Shown: piece by piece, positions 1 through 9,634 of the stretch | Layout of the letters: each line of letters opens with the position of its first letter | How positions within the stretch are numbered: the stretch's first letter is position 1 | Assembly (NCBI RefSeq): GCF_000018105.1 | Contig: NC_009931.1 | Location: 122,962 to 154,961 of the forward strand | Source: Acaryochloris marina MBIC11017 | GTDB taxonomy: Bacteria; Cyanobacteriota; Cyanobacteriia; Thermosynechococcales; Thermosynechococcaceae | Direction of reading: 5' to 3' | Length of the DNA: 32,000 bases | Notes under the pieces: generated by a model | Databases searched by the model: none | What the model was told of the DNA's origin: nothing | The model's input: the letters and a program-made list of their open reading frames with translations, nothing else | Program-made: the position numbers and the translations under genes

Positions 1-327
1 ATTGCGATTGAACATGCCAAGCTGCTGACGGCCTTAGTTGCCCCCGTCTTTTTAGGCGCGTCCATCTTGCCCGTTCCTGGTAAGCCGATTACTTGGTGGG
101 GAACGACCTACTCAGGACTGGGACTATTGGAAATCCTGTACAAGACCCTAGTGGGGTTAGGATCCCTTTCTATTCTGAATGCGGGACCTACGGACCCCTT
201 GATTTTCCCCTTAGTGATTTCCTTATTTGGCATCTTCATTGCCATTTTGCTGGCAGGTGGCGGAGGAATCGCCTTATTTAGTGGCATTGCCCGTATGGGC
301 ACCGCAGGCTTACCCCGGAGGTACTGA
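1..327 (+). CDS. Polytopic membrane protein, 3' end only (gene begins upstream of the window)
   Basis: Frame 1 is open from base 1, with no stop before the listed TTG at 67. The C-terminus is hydrophobic and Gly-rich (LFGIFIAILLAGGGGIALF). Its stop overlaps the next start (TGATG at 325-329), indicating an operon. Confidence 0.5.
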   Translation: MAIEHAKLLTALVAPVFLGASILPVPGKPITWWGTTYSGLGLLEILYKTLVGLGSLSILNAGPTDPLIFPLVISLFGIFIAILLAGGGGIALFSGIARMGTAGLPRRY

Positions 328-1067
328 TGACTTTCTTTGATCGGCTGGAACGCCGCAGCATAAACCTACAGCCCATTTTGACACTGTTAAACACAGGTAT
401 CTGTGGTGCCCTTCTCCTCGTGATTGTGGGCCAGGGCTTCAATATCAATGGTCTTCGTCGCCAGGTGGAGACACTGGAGGCCCGCCCGGTTGTGGTGCAA
501 GCGGGTCAGAACCAGGAATTGGTGAACGTGGAAGCCGTAGACCCCCGGAACAACATGCGGAACTTCGTTGAAGAGTCCCTTCCTCTATTGTTCTTGCTGT
601 CGAAGCGCGTCCCGGAAGAAATTATTCCCGGTGGGCTGGATGAGGGGATTGACCTCCATGACATTGGCCGAATTCCGAGTATCGTCCATGCCTCATCATT
701 CATTCTTAGCAGTGAGTATCAGCCTACCTTCCTGGCGGGAATACCCAATTTGATGCCAGAAGATTATGAACATGGCGGATCTAAAGTTCTTCGGGTGAAT
801 CGTACCGCAACCCCCAAGCCTGTCAAAGATGAACCCGGACATTGGCGGATCTACACCCAAGCGACCCTGTATCAGTTTGATGCCCAACAGAAGCCCGTGC
901 AGGCCCGCACCTTTAATCGTGATGTTTATGTGCGGCCCGTGTCTCCCCCCAAATCATCCGCCACCCTGACCCCTGTGCAGGCTCTGATCAATGCCACTCG
1001 TAATCGAGGCTATGAAATCTACGACATTGCTGTTAACCCCACGGAGGTAGCTCGTCATGCCCAATGA
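327..1067 (+). CDS. Bitopic membrane protein of the conjugation operon (VirB8-like layout only; family not recognised)
   Basis: 246-aa ORF whose ATG overlaps the upstream stop. It has one N-terminal TM helix (ILTLLNTGICGALLLVIVGQGF) followed by a ~200-aa soluble domain. It sits in the operon with the VirB10-like, hydrolase and coupling-protein genes. Confidence 0.5.
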   Translation: MTFFDRLERRSINLQPILTLLNTGICGALLLVIVGQGFNINGLRRQVETLEARPVVVQAGQNQELVNVEAVDPRNNMRNFVEESLPLLFLLSKRVPEEIIPGGLDEGIDLHDIGRIPSIVHASSFILSSEYQPTFLAGIPNLMPEDYEHGGSKVLRVNRTATPKPVKDEPGHWRIYTQATLYQFDAQQKPVQARTFNRDVYVRPVSPPKSSATLTPVQALINATRNRGYEIYDIAVNPTEVARHAQ

Positions 1068-2910
1068 AGGAACCACGACTGTTGTTGAGCCAGTCGTTGC
1101 AGATACTGCTGGAGAACATAACCTGGAAGCAGATGTAGGGGCAACGCCAAAGGATGCTGCCACCCCTGAAGCGGCATTAGAACCCCATTGGCAAGCCTAT
1201 ATTGATGCCGCCCCATCCTCCCTCAATACTTCAGATGAGGTTGGGGCCGAACAAGGAGATGAAGGTGGAGACGAGACCCCTGAAGATGAGGACGCCCCCC
1301 AGCTCCAGATGGATACCTATGGTACGGAGGCCGTCACGGACCCTTACACCATTAAGACCACCTATAACTTTGTGAACTCTCCCTATACAAGGGTGGCGAT
1401 CATCGTGGGGGGGCTGAGTTTGGGGATTTTCTTCCTATTTGGCCTGTACAAAGTCTTTGTTACCGCTCGGTCACAACCCCCAGAAAACCCTATCCTCAGT
1501 GATGCCTATGCAGAATACCCCCAAGATTACGGACCTGAAGGCTCCCCACGGGAACAGGAGCTGGAAAACCAGCTGGACGACTCGCAACAACGGAATACCT
1601 ACACAGACCAGTTAGATGAGGTTACGACCTTTAATCAACAGGCCCAAACCCCGCAAAAACCACCAACACCCACAGTTACTCAAAGACCTGCTGCTCCATC
1701 CCCGCGTTTAGTGGCAGCGAGATCCCCCATCCCCTTGCGGCCCTTAGCCGTACCCCCAACGCCACAACCCCAGCCCCAGGTTGCCCGACCCACCGCTGTA
1801 TCGACGACTCGGCCAGAACCGGAGGCTGATCCAGTGGCTCAATTTGGCAGCGTTGAAAACGTGGGCTTCTATGGTGCCCCCGCATCAGAGTCCTATACAC
1901 CCGTTGCTACAGCACCGGATCCTGCACCTCCCTCAAACACCACGGCGACGGCTCAACCTCAATTCCCCATTGAAGTGGCCCAGGCCAGCCCCACCCAGTC
2001 CTTAATCCCATCTCCTTCAGCTCCTCCCTCCCCTCCGGTGGACGGATACCAACCACCCACTGAGGGAACTTCCCAACCCCTAACGGAAGGAACAACCATT
2101 TCTCTACTGTCTCCCCAACCGCCTGCTTCCCCCGTGGGAACAGGCTCACCCCCTCAGACCTATCCTGCGCCTAGTACGGGAACCCACCTTCGTGCCCAGC
2201 TTCCCACCACCGCAATCTCATCCCCTGCTCAGGGCGTACCCCCTTCGCCCTCGGCTCCTGCTCCCTCAGCAGATAGCCGCATCTTGACGATGGACTCTAA
2301 AGGCAAAGCCAAGCTTAAAAGAGCTGTTGCTTGGCGGCCCAATAGCCCTGACGTTCTCAATGGTCAAAGCTACTCCCTAGAACTGACGAAGACATTCAAG
2401 AACACCGCAGGGGTTGAGATTTTCCCTAAAGGCTCCCAGGCCATTGCTCGGGTCACAGAGGCCACTCGTGACGGACTCGTGATGATGGAAGTCACGGCCA
2501 TTAAAACCCAGAACCGGACCATTCCCATCCCCAGTGGTGCAATGGAAGTGCAGACCAAAGATACGAATTTCTTGGAAGCCAAGCTAGAGCAAAAAGGTGG
2601 AACCAGCTTCGGCAACCGTCTCCTGAATGGCCTCTTTCGCATGGGTGCCCAAGGTATTGCCAACTCAACCTCCCTGATCAATCGCCCCCTAAGCCAGTCC
2701 TCCTTTTCCAGCTCAAATGGCACCGTCGTCACCCAGCAGAATCCAGAAGCAGATCTGATTGCAGGCTTTGCAGAAGGGGCCACCTCTGAACTATCGGAGA
2801 TTGTCAAAGATTCTGCCCCAAATCAGGATGCTGTCGTTAGCAGCTTCTACAAGCTCAGCAAGGGCAAGTCCCTTGATCTGTATGTTCTTCGAGATATTTC
2901 CATCAATTAA
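1057..2910 (+). CDS. VirB10/TrbI-like T4SS scaffold protein (architecture-based call)
   Basis: 617-aa ORF overlapping the upstream gene by 11 nt. It has an acidic N-terminus, a single TM helix (VAIIVGGLSLGIFFLFGLYKVFV), a long Pro-rich spacer (PPTPTVTQRPAAPSP..., PSPSAPPSPP) and a ~220-aa beta-rich C-terminal domain. Confidence 0.55.
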   Translation: MPNEGTTTVVEPVVADTAGEHNLEADVGATPKDAATPEAALEPHWQAYIDAAPSSLNTSDEVGAEQGDEGGDETPEDEDAPQLQMDTYGTEAVTDPYTIKTTYNFVNSPYTRVAIIVGGLSLGIFFLFGLYKVFVTARSQPPENPILSDAYAEYPQDYGPEGSPREQELENQLDDSQQRNTYTDQLDEVTTFNQQAQTPQKPPTPTVTQRPAAPSPRLVAARSPIPLRPLAVPPTPQPQPQVARPTAVSTTRPEPEADPVAQFGSVENVGFYGAPASESYTPVATAPDPAPPSNTTATAQPQFPIEVAQASPTQSLIPSPSAPPSPPVDGYQPPTEGTSQPLTEGTTISLLSPQPPASPVGTGSPPQTYPAPSTGTHLRAQLPTTAISSPAQGVPPSPSAPAPSADSRILTMDSKGKAKLKRAVAWRPNSPDVLNGQSYSLELTKTFKNTAGVEIFPKGSQAIARVTEATRDGLVMMEVTAIKTQNRTIPIPSGAMEVQTKDTNFLEAKLEQKGGTSFGNRLLNGLFRMGAQGIANSTSLINRPLSQSSFSSSNGTVVTQQNPEADLIAGFAEGATSELSEIVKDSAPNQDAVVSSFYKLSKGKSLDLYVLRDISIN

Positions 2911-2920
2911 GGCCAACATT

Positions 2921-3388
2921 ATGCGTTTACCCCCTCGTCTCCTTGGCCCCCTCGTGGGCTTGAGCTTCACCCTCGTGAGTACGCCTTCCGTCCAAGCAAA
3001 ACCCGTGAACACCAAAGATACCGTCCAAATCCCTTCAGACTGGCTGAACAGCCGAGTCTATGAGGGCTTAAAAGTCGATCCTTCGGGAGTGATCATCACC
3101 TTACGCACGGGGGAAAAAGTGGGAGGGCTGACCATCCTGCCTTGGCAGCATGTGGATGTCAAACCCCTCAATGGTCAGCTTTGTGCGGGGGGTGGTCAAT
3201 GTAATGGCACGGCCCCAACCATCATTCAGCTTTTTCGCAAATCCCCCCAACGGGTGAAGGGCTTAGTCTATAACGCTGATGGCACCTCCTTGATGACCAT
3301 CACGACCAATGCCGGGAATACCTACCAGTTTCGGCTAGAACCCACCTCAGCAGCCCCCAAGCGCAAGATCAATATCAATCCCCAGTGA
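2921..3388 (+). CDS. Secreted protein of the conjugation operon, unknown function
   Basis: The ATG at 2921 gives MRLPPRLLGPLVGLSFTLVSTPSVQA|KP, a classic signal peptide. The listed ORF start at 2759 would overlap the upstream gene by 150 nt and adds non-protein-like sequence. Confidence 0.6.
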   Translation: MRLPPRLLGPLVGLSFTLVSTPSVQAKPVNTKDTVQIPSDWLNSRVYEGLKVDPSGVIITLRTGEKVGGLTILPWQHVDVKPLNGQLCAGGGQCNGTAPTIIQLFRKSPQRVKGLVYNADGTSLMTITTNAGNTYQFRLEPTSAAPKRKININPQ

Positions 3389-3392
3389 ACCG

Positions 3393-6005
3393 ATGAAACG
3401 TCCTCTCACCCTTCTGATCGCAGCGGGCCTGGTGGTTAGCCCCTGGTCCCTGCCCGTAAACGCTCAGATTGTCCGTCCCGCCAACCGTCCGACTTCTCGG
3501 CAGCAGGCGGTGAACCAATCCAGGCCCACCACACCCCAATCGACGACCTCACCCGGATTGATTTACTCCCCGTCTGGTGAACGGGCACCCAGCTTCTCTC
3601 AGATGTCTGGGGCCACGGCACCTGGACAGATTGAGCTTCCTGCCCATGTGCAGATGGACTATCAATTTAGTCGGGCGTTCCCGCGAGGCGCTACCCCGGA
3701 CCAAATGACCAAATGGGGCGATATCCCCAATAATCCCCAGTTTGTCGGGTTCCATAAAATGACCCTCCGAGAGTTAAGCCGCTCCTCTGGCCAAGACATC
3801 GCTGGCGTTCCTCTGAATGAGATTGATTTGATACAGGGGATGACCGTGGAAGAGGTTACGCAACTCTATCACGGCTTGGAAGATAAGCCCTTGGATCAAG
3901 CCCCCAAAATCCTCCAAATTGCCGCTGGAATCACCAATGACCCCAAAGGCACCCTGAAGCAGTCCAAAGGGGCAGCGCTCACCTTTGGTCAAAAAGCGTT
4001 GATCGCGGAACTCGCCAAGAAACCCGCTCTAAAAGGGATTAGCCTAGAGCGTTTGTCTAAAGGGGATTGGGGCAATATCCTCACCCCTGGTGAACAGGGT
4101 GAAGTTGCCAAGATTCTCACGAAAGTCAATGGCAAGATTCCCTTAGAGAAGCTATTCCCCATGACCCAAGGGGTGATCGTGGGGGATTGGGAGAGCGTGC
4201 GGAAACAGGCCCAGGCCGAAGCCACTCGCCAAGGTTCCAAGGTACTCGTCAAGGAGCTGATGAAGAATGAGAAGTTCCGCAAAATGCCCTTGGGTTCCTT
4301 GACCCTAGAAGAATTGGACCTGGAAGAAACCTTGCCAGGGTTGATTGATCAGCCCATCGCCACGATCCCCAAGATTGCCGATAAGTATCTGTCCGACATT
4401 CCCGGCATGTCTGAGGTGCCCGTCGATCATCTGCCCTTTGACCTGAAGTTTACCCCCAGCAAAGACGATGTTATTGCCCGGATGGATGTCGCCTATGCGG
4501 GGCCAACGGAAACCCCCATTACCCGTGTGATTTCGGGCGGTACAAAAAACCAGAAGTTTAAGCCTGAACCGTGCCTACAGCAGCGCTGCTCCCATTTCGA
4601 GCTAGACAATGTGGATGGGGGTGGTCCGCCCTCGAAAGTATCGGGGAAAGCCTGGGTGGCGGGCAAAGACCAACCTACACCGGGCGGTAAAGGCTTTCTC
4701 GCCCTCGTCAATAACGGCAAAGAACCTGCGGGGATTGTCCCTTGGACCACCGCTGCCCATGTCAAAATCAGCCTAGAGAATATCAAGGAAGGGGGTAACG
4801 GAGAACCGGCTTCCGCTCAGCTCTGGGCACATTTCCAGTTCTGCAAAAAGGTGCCGCTGTTGGGATTGCAGTGTACGCCCCACTTTATCCCCTTTCCCAC
4901 CCCGTTTAAGTTAAAAGAAAAATCATTGATGCTGATTGCCACTAGTGGGGGGCTACCTGCATATCTGCAGAATGCCCGCAATCAGCAGAACTTCTGTACC
5001 CCAGCCGTGGCGAATGCACTCCAGGCGAATGCATCCCAAGGCAGTGCCAGCGATACTGCCGCTGTATCCAGTCCCTCCCCAGATCAACACATCGCCCCAG
5101 CCACCTCCAACCAGGCGGACCAGAACCTGAGACAGTACCTAAAACGGATTGCGGCGGGAGAGAGTACGGGGGGAACGGATTGGCGTCAGCATCCTGATAC
5201 GGGGGCATACGGCGTCTATCAATTTACTCCAGAATCCCGCGCTACCATGCTGCGACGCACGGGGATAGATCCCTGGTCGAAGGATCGGGCGACGGCGGAT
5301 AAAGCCGCTGTGTTCTGGATTCAGATGATTGGCGGAGAGCAAGGGGTGGACCTTCTCGGCACCATCCAAAAAGGGGACTTTGCCAAGGCGGATCAGATCC
5401 TCAGCCCCAAGCAGTTCACCTCTCTTCCCGGTGGTCCAGAGCAAAGCAAAATTTGGAATAATCCTCAGAACCTGCAAGTGTATGGTCCCAACGGGAGTGC
5501 CCCTGATGGCGCACCCACGGGGGCAACGGGGTTTGGTCCCTGTGCCTCGACGAGTGGGTTCATTGGCCCAGAAGGGGATGGCATTGCCACGGGCCGACTG
5601 AAAAACCCAACACCTGGGGCCGTTATCACTAGTGGCTATGGACCCCGAGTACCCCCCGCCCCTGGAGCCTCATCCTTTCATGCAGCGGTGGATCTAGCGT
5701 TACCCTTGGGTGCGCCTATTCTCGCCGCTGATGGTGGAGTCGTTGAATATTCAGGGGTGAAAGGAGGGTATGGGAACTACATTTTAATCAATCATGGCAA
5801 TGGTTTAGCGACCTGGTACGCCCATAACAACGCCAATAACGTCCGGGTCGGCCAAAAGGTCACCGCAGGCCAGCAAATCGGCACGGTGGGGTCTACAGGA
5901 ATCAGTACGGGACCCCACCTTGACTTTGGGGTGGTGGATGGCTACAAAGCTGGAAACCTTTACTCAGGTCAAGCCGTTAACCCTCGTAAACACGTTCGTT
6001 TTTAG
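3393..6005 (+). CDS. Secreted bifunctional cell-wall hydrolase: lysozyme/transglycosylase-like domain plus M23 (LytM) peptidase domain
   Basis: 870 aa with signal peptide MKRPLTLLIAAGLVVSPWSLPVNAQ. A muramidase-type motif AAGESTGG...GAYGVYQF lies at approx 5150-5230. M23 motifs are HAAVD (5679-5693) and GSTGISTGPHLDF (approx 5887-5930), with NHGNGLATWYAHN between them. Confidence 0.85.
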   Translation: MKRPLTLLIAAGLVVSPWSLPVNAQIVRPANRPTSRQQAVNQSRPTTPQSTTSPGLIYSPSGERAPSFSQMSGATAPGQIELPAHVQMDYQFSRAFPRGATPDQMTKWGDIPNNPQFVGFHKMTLRELSRSSGQDIAGVPLNEIDLIQGMTVEEVTQLYHGLEDKPLDQAPKILQIAAGITNDPKGTLKQSKGAALTFGQKALIAELAKKPALKGISLERLSKGDWGNILTPGEQGEVAKILTKVNGKIPLEKLFPMTQGVIVGDWESVRKQAQAEATRQGSKVLVKELMKNEKFRKMPLGSLTLEELDLEETLPGLIDQPIATIPKIADKYLSDIPGMSEVPVDHLPFDLKFTPSKDDVIARMDVAYAGPTETPITRVISGGTKNQKFKPEPCLQQRCSHFELDNVDGGGPPSKVSGKAWVAGKDQPTPGGKGFLALVNNGKEPAGIVPWTTAAHVKISLENIKEGGNGEPASAQLWAHFQFCKKVPLLGLQCTPHFIPFPTPFKLKEKSLMLIATSGGLPAYLQNARNQQNFCTPAVANALQANASQGSASDTAAVSSPSPDQHIAPATSNQADQNLRQYLKRIAAGESTGGTDWRQHPDTGAYGVYQFTPESRATMLRRTGIDPWSKDRATADKAAVFWIQMIGGEQGVDLLGTIQKGDFAKADQILSPKQFTSLPGGPEQSKIWNNPQNLQVYGPNGSAPDGAPTGATGFGPCASTSGFIGPEGDGIATGRLKNPTPGAVITSGYGPRVPPAPGASSFHAAVDLALPLGAPILAADGGVVEYSGVKGGYGNYILINHGNGLATWYAHNNANNVRVGQKVTAGQQIGTVGSTGISTGPHLDFGVVDGYKAGNLYSGQAVNPRKHVRF

Positions 6006-6015
6006 GAATTTAACG

Positions 6016-6390
6016 ATGAAAAAATTGCTTACTACCTTACTGATTCTTTCTGCTGTTGCCCTTCCGAGCCAAGTGCTAGCTCAGAACAGCAGCATTGATG
6101 CCTCCTGCATTCCTGAGACGGGATCTCGCATCCCCGTGGAAAAGGCCGTTATTTATGCCACGACCACCCAGGATGCCACCACCTATCACTATGTTGTTCT
6201 CCACCCTAAAGACCTGTCTCAGTCTCTCGGTGTGGTGTTAGTCGAGGTAACAGGGGGCCAATGCAAAGGCCATTTGGTTGATTTTGCGGGGAATACCTTG
6301 CCCTTTGAGCAGTTTGTCCCCGCCCCCGTCGCTAAAGAATTGGTGGATCAAGCCACACGCAATTGGAACAACCGCCAAACCAGCCCTTAG
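6016..6390 (+). CDS. Small secreted protein, unknown function
   Basis: The ATG at 6016 gives MKKLLTTLLILSAVALPSQVLA|QNSS, a signal peptide with no lipobox Cys. The listed start at 5920 would overlap the hydrolase gene. Confidence 0.55.
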   Translation: MKKLLTTLLILSAVALPSQVLAQNSSIDASCIPETGSRIPVEKAVIYATTTQDATTYHYVVLHPKDLSQSLGVVLVEVTGGQCKGHLVDFAGNTLPFEQFVPAPVAKELVDQATRNWNNRQTSP

Positions 6391-6437
6391 TAGTGCCACC
6401 GCCATTTTGTTAGAGTCCTATCTCGATTGGTAAGGTT

Positions 6438-8213
6438 ATGCATCCTCCTATCGCACAAATCCAGACCTCACAAACCGAGTCTACCCCCACCCACCCCCAT
6501 CCACCGCAGCCTAGTACTCCGTTTGGGGGAATCAACCCCCAACTTTTGCTGATGGGGGGATGCATGGCATTACTGTTGGTCCCCATGCTGTTTCAAAAGT
6601 ACTCCGGCCAACGGAAAGGCATCCTTGCCCGTGCCCGGTTCGCCACGGCCCGTGAGATCCATCAGTCTAAAATCTATGCCCGCAAGCTGATTCAGCAGAA
6701 CAAGCACAATAAGGTGGCCCTGTGGATTCAAGAACCCAAGGGTATTATTATCAATCACCAGAAACGGCAGATTGAGATTCCCCCAGACAACAACTCCTTT
6801 TACGTCAGCCATTTAGAAGAGCATTCCCTGATCCTCGGCAATACGGGGTCTGGTAAGAGCTATTCCGTTCTCGATCCATTCAAGCGATCCGTGATCAAGC
6901 GGGGGCAACCGCTGTTTGACTATGACTACAAAGGCCATGAAGAATCCCCCCATAGCCTCGCCCCTAGTTCCAGTATTGCGGGGTATGCCCTGGATCATGG
7001 CTATAAGGTCTATGTGGTGGCCCCTGGCTTTCCAGATACCGATAAATTCAACATCCTCGATGTCTTGAAACATCCCCAGGATGGGGCCAATGCCTTTCAA
7101 CTGTCCAACGTCCTCAATGAGAACTTCAAGCTCTCAGCTAGTGACCAAGGGGCTGATTTCTTCAGCTTAGCGGGCAACCAGCTAATCCAAGCCCTATTTA
7201 TGCTCGTCAAAGGGTCAGAAGTCTGCGCAGATATTGCCCTAGCCCATAAGATCCTCGCCCTTCCCAACTTTTCCAAGCGAATTGCCGAGGTGCAGCTTCC
7301 TCAGTATCAAAAAGTGGCCTTTGATAACTATCTGGCGTCTGCGGATTCCCCCGAAACCGCAGCCTCTATCGCTACGACGGCCTCGATCATGTTCTCTCGA
7401 TTTATGATTCCAGAGGTGCTGTCTACCTTCTGTGGTCAGAGCACGATGCCCCTGGAGATTACGGGGCGAACGATGGTGATCTTCCGACTCAATCCCCAGA
7501 TTGAGTTTGCGGTGGCTCCCCTTTTGGCCTCGATCATCTATCTGATGATTAACCGCAATATCTACATGGCCCGAAAAGATCCCGTCCATTTCTTCTTGGA
7601 TGAGGTGCAAACCCTCAAAGTCCCCAGCCTGTCTAAGGTCTTACAGGTGGCCCGTTCAGCGGGGGGCTGCTTCTACCTGGGCACCCAAGGCATAGACCTA
7701 CTGGAGAGTACCTATGGGGTGAAAGAAACGGAAAATATTCTCACGGGTTGTAAGACCGTGTTTGTGGGCCAGCTCAGTCACAACGGCACCGCTGAATATT
7801 ACAGCAAGTATTTTGGCATGGAGGATATCTCCTACAAGAATAAGTCAAGAAGCCACGGGAAAGGAGGCACTAACCGCTCCGAGGGAGACCAGCAGAACAC
7901 CCGTCCCCTCGTGGAAATCCAACAATTGCTGGAGTTACCCCAAGGCCAATTCTATTGCCGCAATCGGGGTATCGGTAATAAAAAAGCCGTCCGTATACCC
8001 GTCCACCATCAGACCGTTATTCCCCCTTGGGAGCTGAGGGATATGGACAAAGGAAAGCAAACCTGGAAGAAATACCGGAAGCTACGGATCAAACAATCCA
8101 AGATTCAACCCCTGACGGACCAGGATCTAGAAACCCGCGAAAGCGTTGCCCGCTCCCTGGTGCCAGATCATGCCAATGTCGCTGCGGGTCAACAAGCCGC
8201 CGTGAGGTACTAA
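6438..8213 (+). CDS. Type IV coupling protein (VirD4/TraG-family ATPase)
   Basis: 591 aa with an N-terminal TM segment (LLLMGGCMALLLVPMLF). Walker A is GNTGSGKS (6837-6860) and Walker B-like HFFLDEVQ is at approx 7587-7610. A downstream GTQGIDLLESTYG block resembles the QSxxQL..YG block of TraG/VirD4 proteins. Confidence 0.85.
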   Translation: MHPPIAQIQTSQTESTPTHPHPPQPSTPFGGINPQLLLMGGCMALLLVPMLFQKYSGQRKGILARARFATAREIHQSKIYARKLIQQNKHNKVALWIQEPKGIIINHQKRQIEIPPDNNSFYVSHLEEHSLILGNTGSGKSYSVLDPFKRSVIKRGQPLFDYDYKGHEESPHSLAPSSSIAGYALDHGYKVYVVAPGFPDTDKFNILDVLKHPQDGANAFQLSNVLNENFKLSASDQGADFFSLAGNQLIQALFMLVKGSEVCADIALAHKILALPNFSKRIAEVQLPQYQKVAFDNYLASADSPETAASIATTASIMFSRFMIPEVLSTFCGQSTMPLEITGRTMVIFRLNPQIEFAVAPLLASIIYLMINRNIYMARKDPVHFFLDEVQTLKVPSLSKVLQVARSAGGCFYLGTQGIDLLESTYGVKETENILTGCKTVFVGQLSHNGTAEYYSKYFGMEDISYKNKSRSHGKGGTNRSEGDQQNTRPLVEIQQLLELPQGQFYCRNRGIGNKKAVRIPVHHQTVIPPWELRDMDKGKQTWKKYRKLRIKQSKIQPLTDQDLETRESVARSLVPDHANVAAGQQAAVRY

Positions 8214-8217
8214 GTTC

Positions 8218-9123
8218 ATGAAAATCACCTGTCCTATCTGTAAATGGCCACTCTACCTCCCCGAGCAGCCCCAAGAAGGGGAGGAAATGGGTTGCCGTCA
8301 TTGCCACTCTTCCTTTGCCATGACTCACACCCATGTGGTGGAGAGTTGGGCCGTGACGACCCAGCATCAAATCCCGTCTGCTTATCTCGCCATTCTATTT
8401 ATAAGGGAAGGAAAAACCCATCGCGTCCAATTGGACCGAGATATCCCACCGGGATTAAACTGCATCGCCTTGACTCCCCTCCACGGTTTGGGTAAACACC
8501 AACCCATCCTGCTGTTGGACCTGCAAACCGCTGGGGTCTATCCATTGACTCATCCTCGGCGGCTGTCCCGCCGTTACCAGCTCCAAGGGGCACTGCTGAT
8601 CGCGGCTATAGCCGCAGGGATAGGCATGGAGTTAAATCTCCCCCAAAACGTGACGACAGGAGCTGGAATTACCAGCAGCTTGGCGGGTGCCTATGGGATT
8701 GCGCGATTCAATCATGGGAGGGAACGGGATCCGAAACGACGGACCCAGTTGTTACGCTCTCAAAGCCTGCTCAAGCAGAGCCACCAACTCGGCGAACGGG
8801 TGCGGGAACTGGAGCGAGAATTGTCCCAGTCCCAGACCTTGAGCCAGCAGTTGCAGGAGCTGTCCAATCGGCCCACCGTCGTCGGCCAGAGTAAAGAGAC
8901 AATTTTGCAGAGAGGTCATAAGGTCATTGAGGGCAAAAATGCCGTCCTGCAACGACTGATTGACTGTTGCCGCAACAGCAAGGATTTGATTGATGTGGAG
9001 CTGATGGCTGCTCAGTTGAGTGAGCAGTTACCGGACGGCATCGATCAGCAGCTTTTAGCCTACCAAAGTGAAATTGAGAAGCTGGAAGAAGAGTACGAAG
9101 GGATGCTTCTCACGACCGTTTAG
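8218..9123 (+). CDS. Zinc-ribbon / membrane / coiled-coil protein, unknown function
   Basis: 301 aa with an N-terminal CPICK...CRHCH pair, hydrophobic Gly-rich segments (GALLIAAIAAGIGMEL, GAGITSSLAGAYGIA) and a Gln/Leu-rich coiled-coil C-terminus. It starts 4 nt after the coupling-protein stop. Confidence 0.55.
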   Translation: MKITCPICKWPLYLPEQPQEGEEMGCRHCHSSFAMTHTHVVESWAVTTQHQIPSAYLAILFIREGKTHRVQLDRDIPPGLNCIALTPLHGLGKHQPILLLDLQTAGVYPLTHPRRLSRRYQLQGALLIAAIAAGIGMELNLPQNVTTGAGITSSLAGAYGIARFNHGRERDPKRRTQLLRSQSLLKQSHQLGERVRELERELSQSQTLSQQLQELSNRPTVVGQSKETILQRGHKVIEGKNAVLQRLIDCCRNSKDLIDVELMAAQLSEQLPDGIDQQLLAYQSEIEKLEEEYEGMLLTTV

Positions 9124-9145
9124 TGAACATAAGGAGACATTGTAA

Positions 9146-9547
9146 ATGCCTAAATTATTTACACCTGAAAAGATTGAGGTGATTTCCCAGTTACGTCCAG
9201 AGATTCAGCAGCTACGGGAGCGTTACCCCTTTACCTTTGCAGAGTATGCAGAGACCATCTTAGCTGGGCAAACTGACCCCTTTCCCCCTGGTCATCAGTT
9301 TGAGCAGTTTGCCGTCTACTACGGGGATACGGCCCGTCGCCCTGGTTATCTGTTTATGGATGGTAAAGCCACGATTGATTTCGTGGAACCCATAGATACG
9401 GGAGTCATCCAAGCCAGGGGCAATTGGGATTGGGTCTATTTCCAGGTAGAGGGCTATGTGCTGCTCAACCGGATTGAACAGGCCGCACTCCCTCAGATGC
9501 CCACCCTGGACGAATTAGCCAATATGGTAGCCGCTGCAACGGAATGA
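9146..9547 (+). CDS. Hypothetical protein
   Basis: 133-aa ORF with AAGGAGA upstream of the ATG (9131-9137). Composition is protein-like but no motif was recognised. Confidence 0.55.
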   Translation: MPKLFTPEKIEVISQLRPEIQQLRERYPFTFAEYAETILAGQTDPFPPGHQFEQFAVYYGDTARRPGYLFMDGKATIDFVEPIDTGVIQARGNWDWVYFQVEGYVLLNRIEQAALPQMPTLDELANMVAAATE

Positions 9548-9634
9548 ATTTACAACGACCACTATTGAGCATCTTTGCTTGATAGCACCTGAACTATTCA
9601 AACAAATTCAAATAGTAAGAAGAGGACATGGATC

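Noticed and set aside
1676-2807. ORFs in other frames and strands across the Pro-rich VirB10-like gene (1676..1900 -, 1781..2005 +, 1907..2149 -, 2370..2807 -)
   Set aside because: These are expected by-products of a CCN-rich, stop-poor region, and none has independent start signals.
2759-2920. Upstream extension of the 2759..3388 ORF
   Set aside because: It overlaps the 3' end of the VirB10-like gene in another frame. The ATG at 2921 yields a canonical signal peptide immediately.
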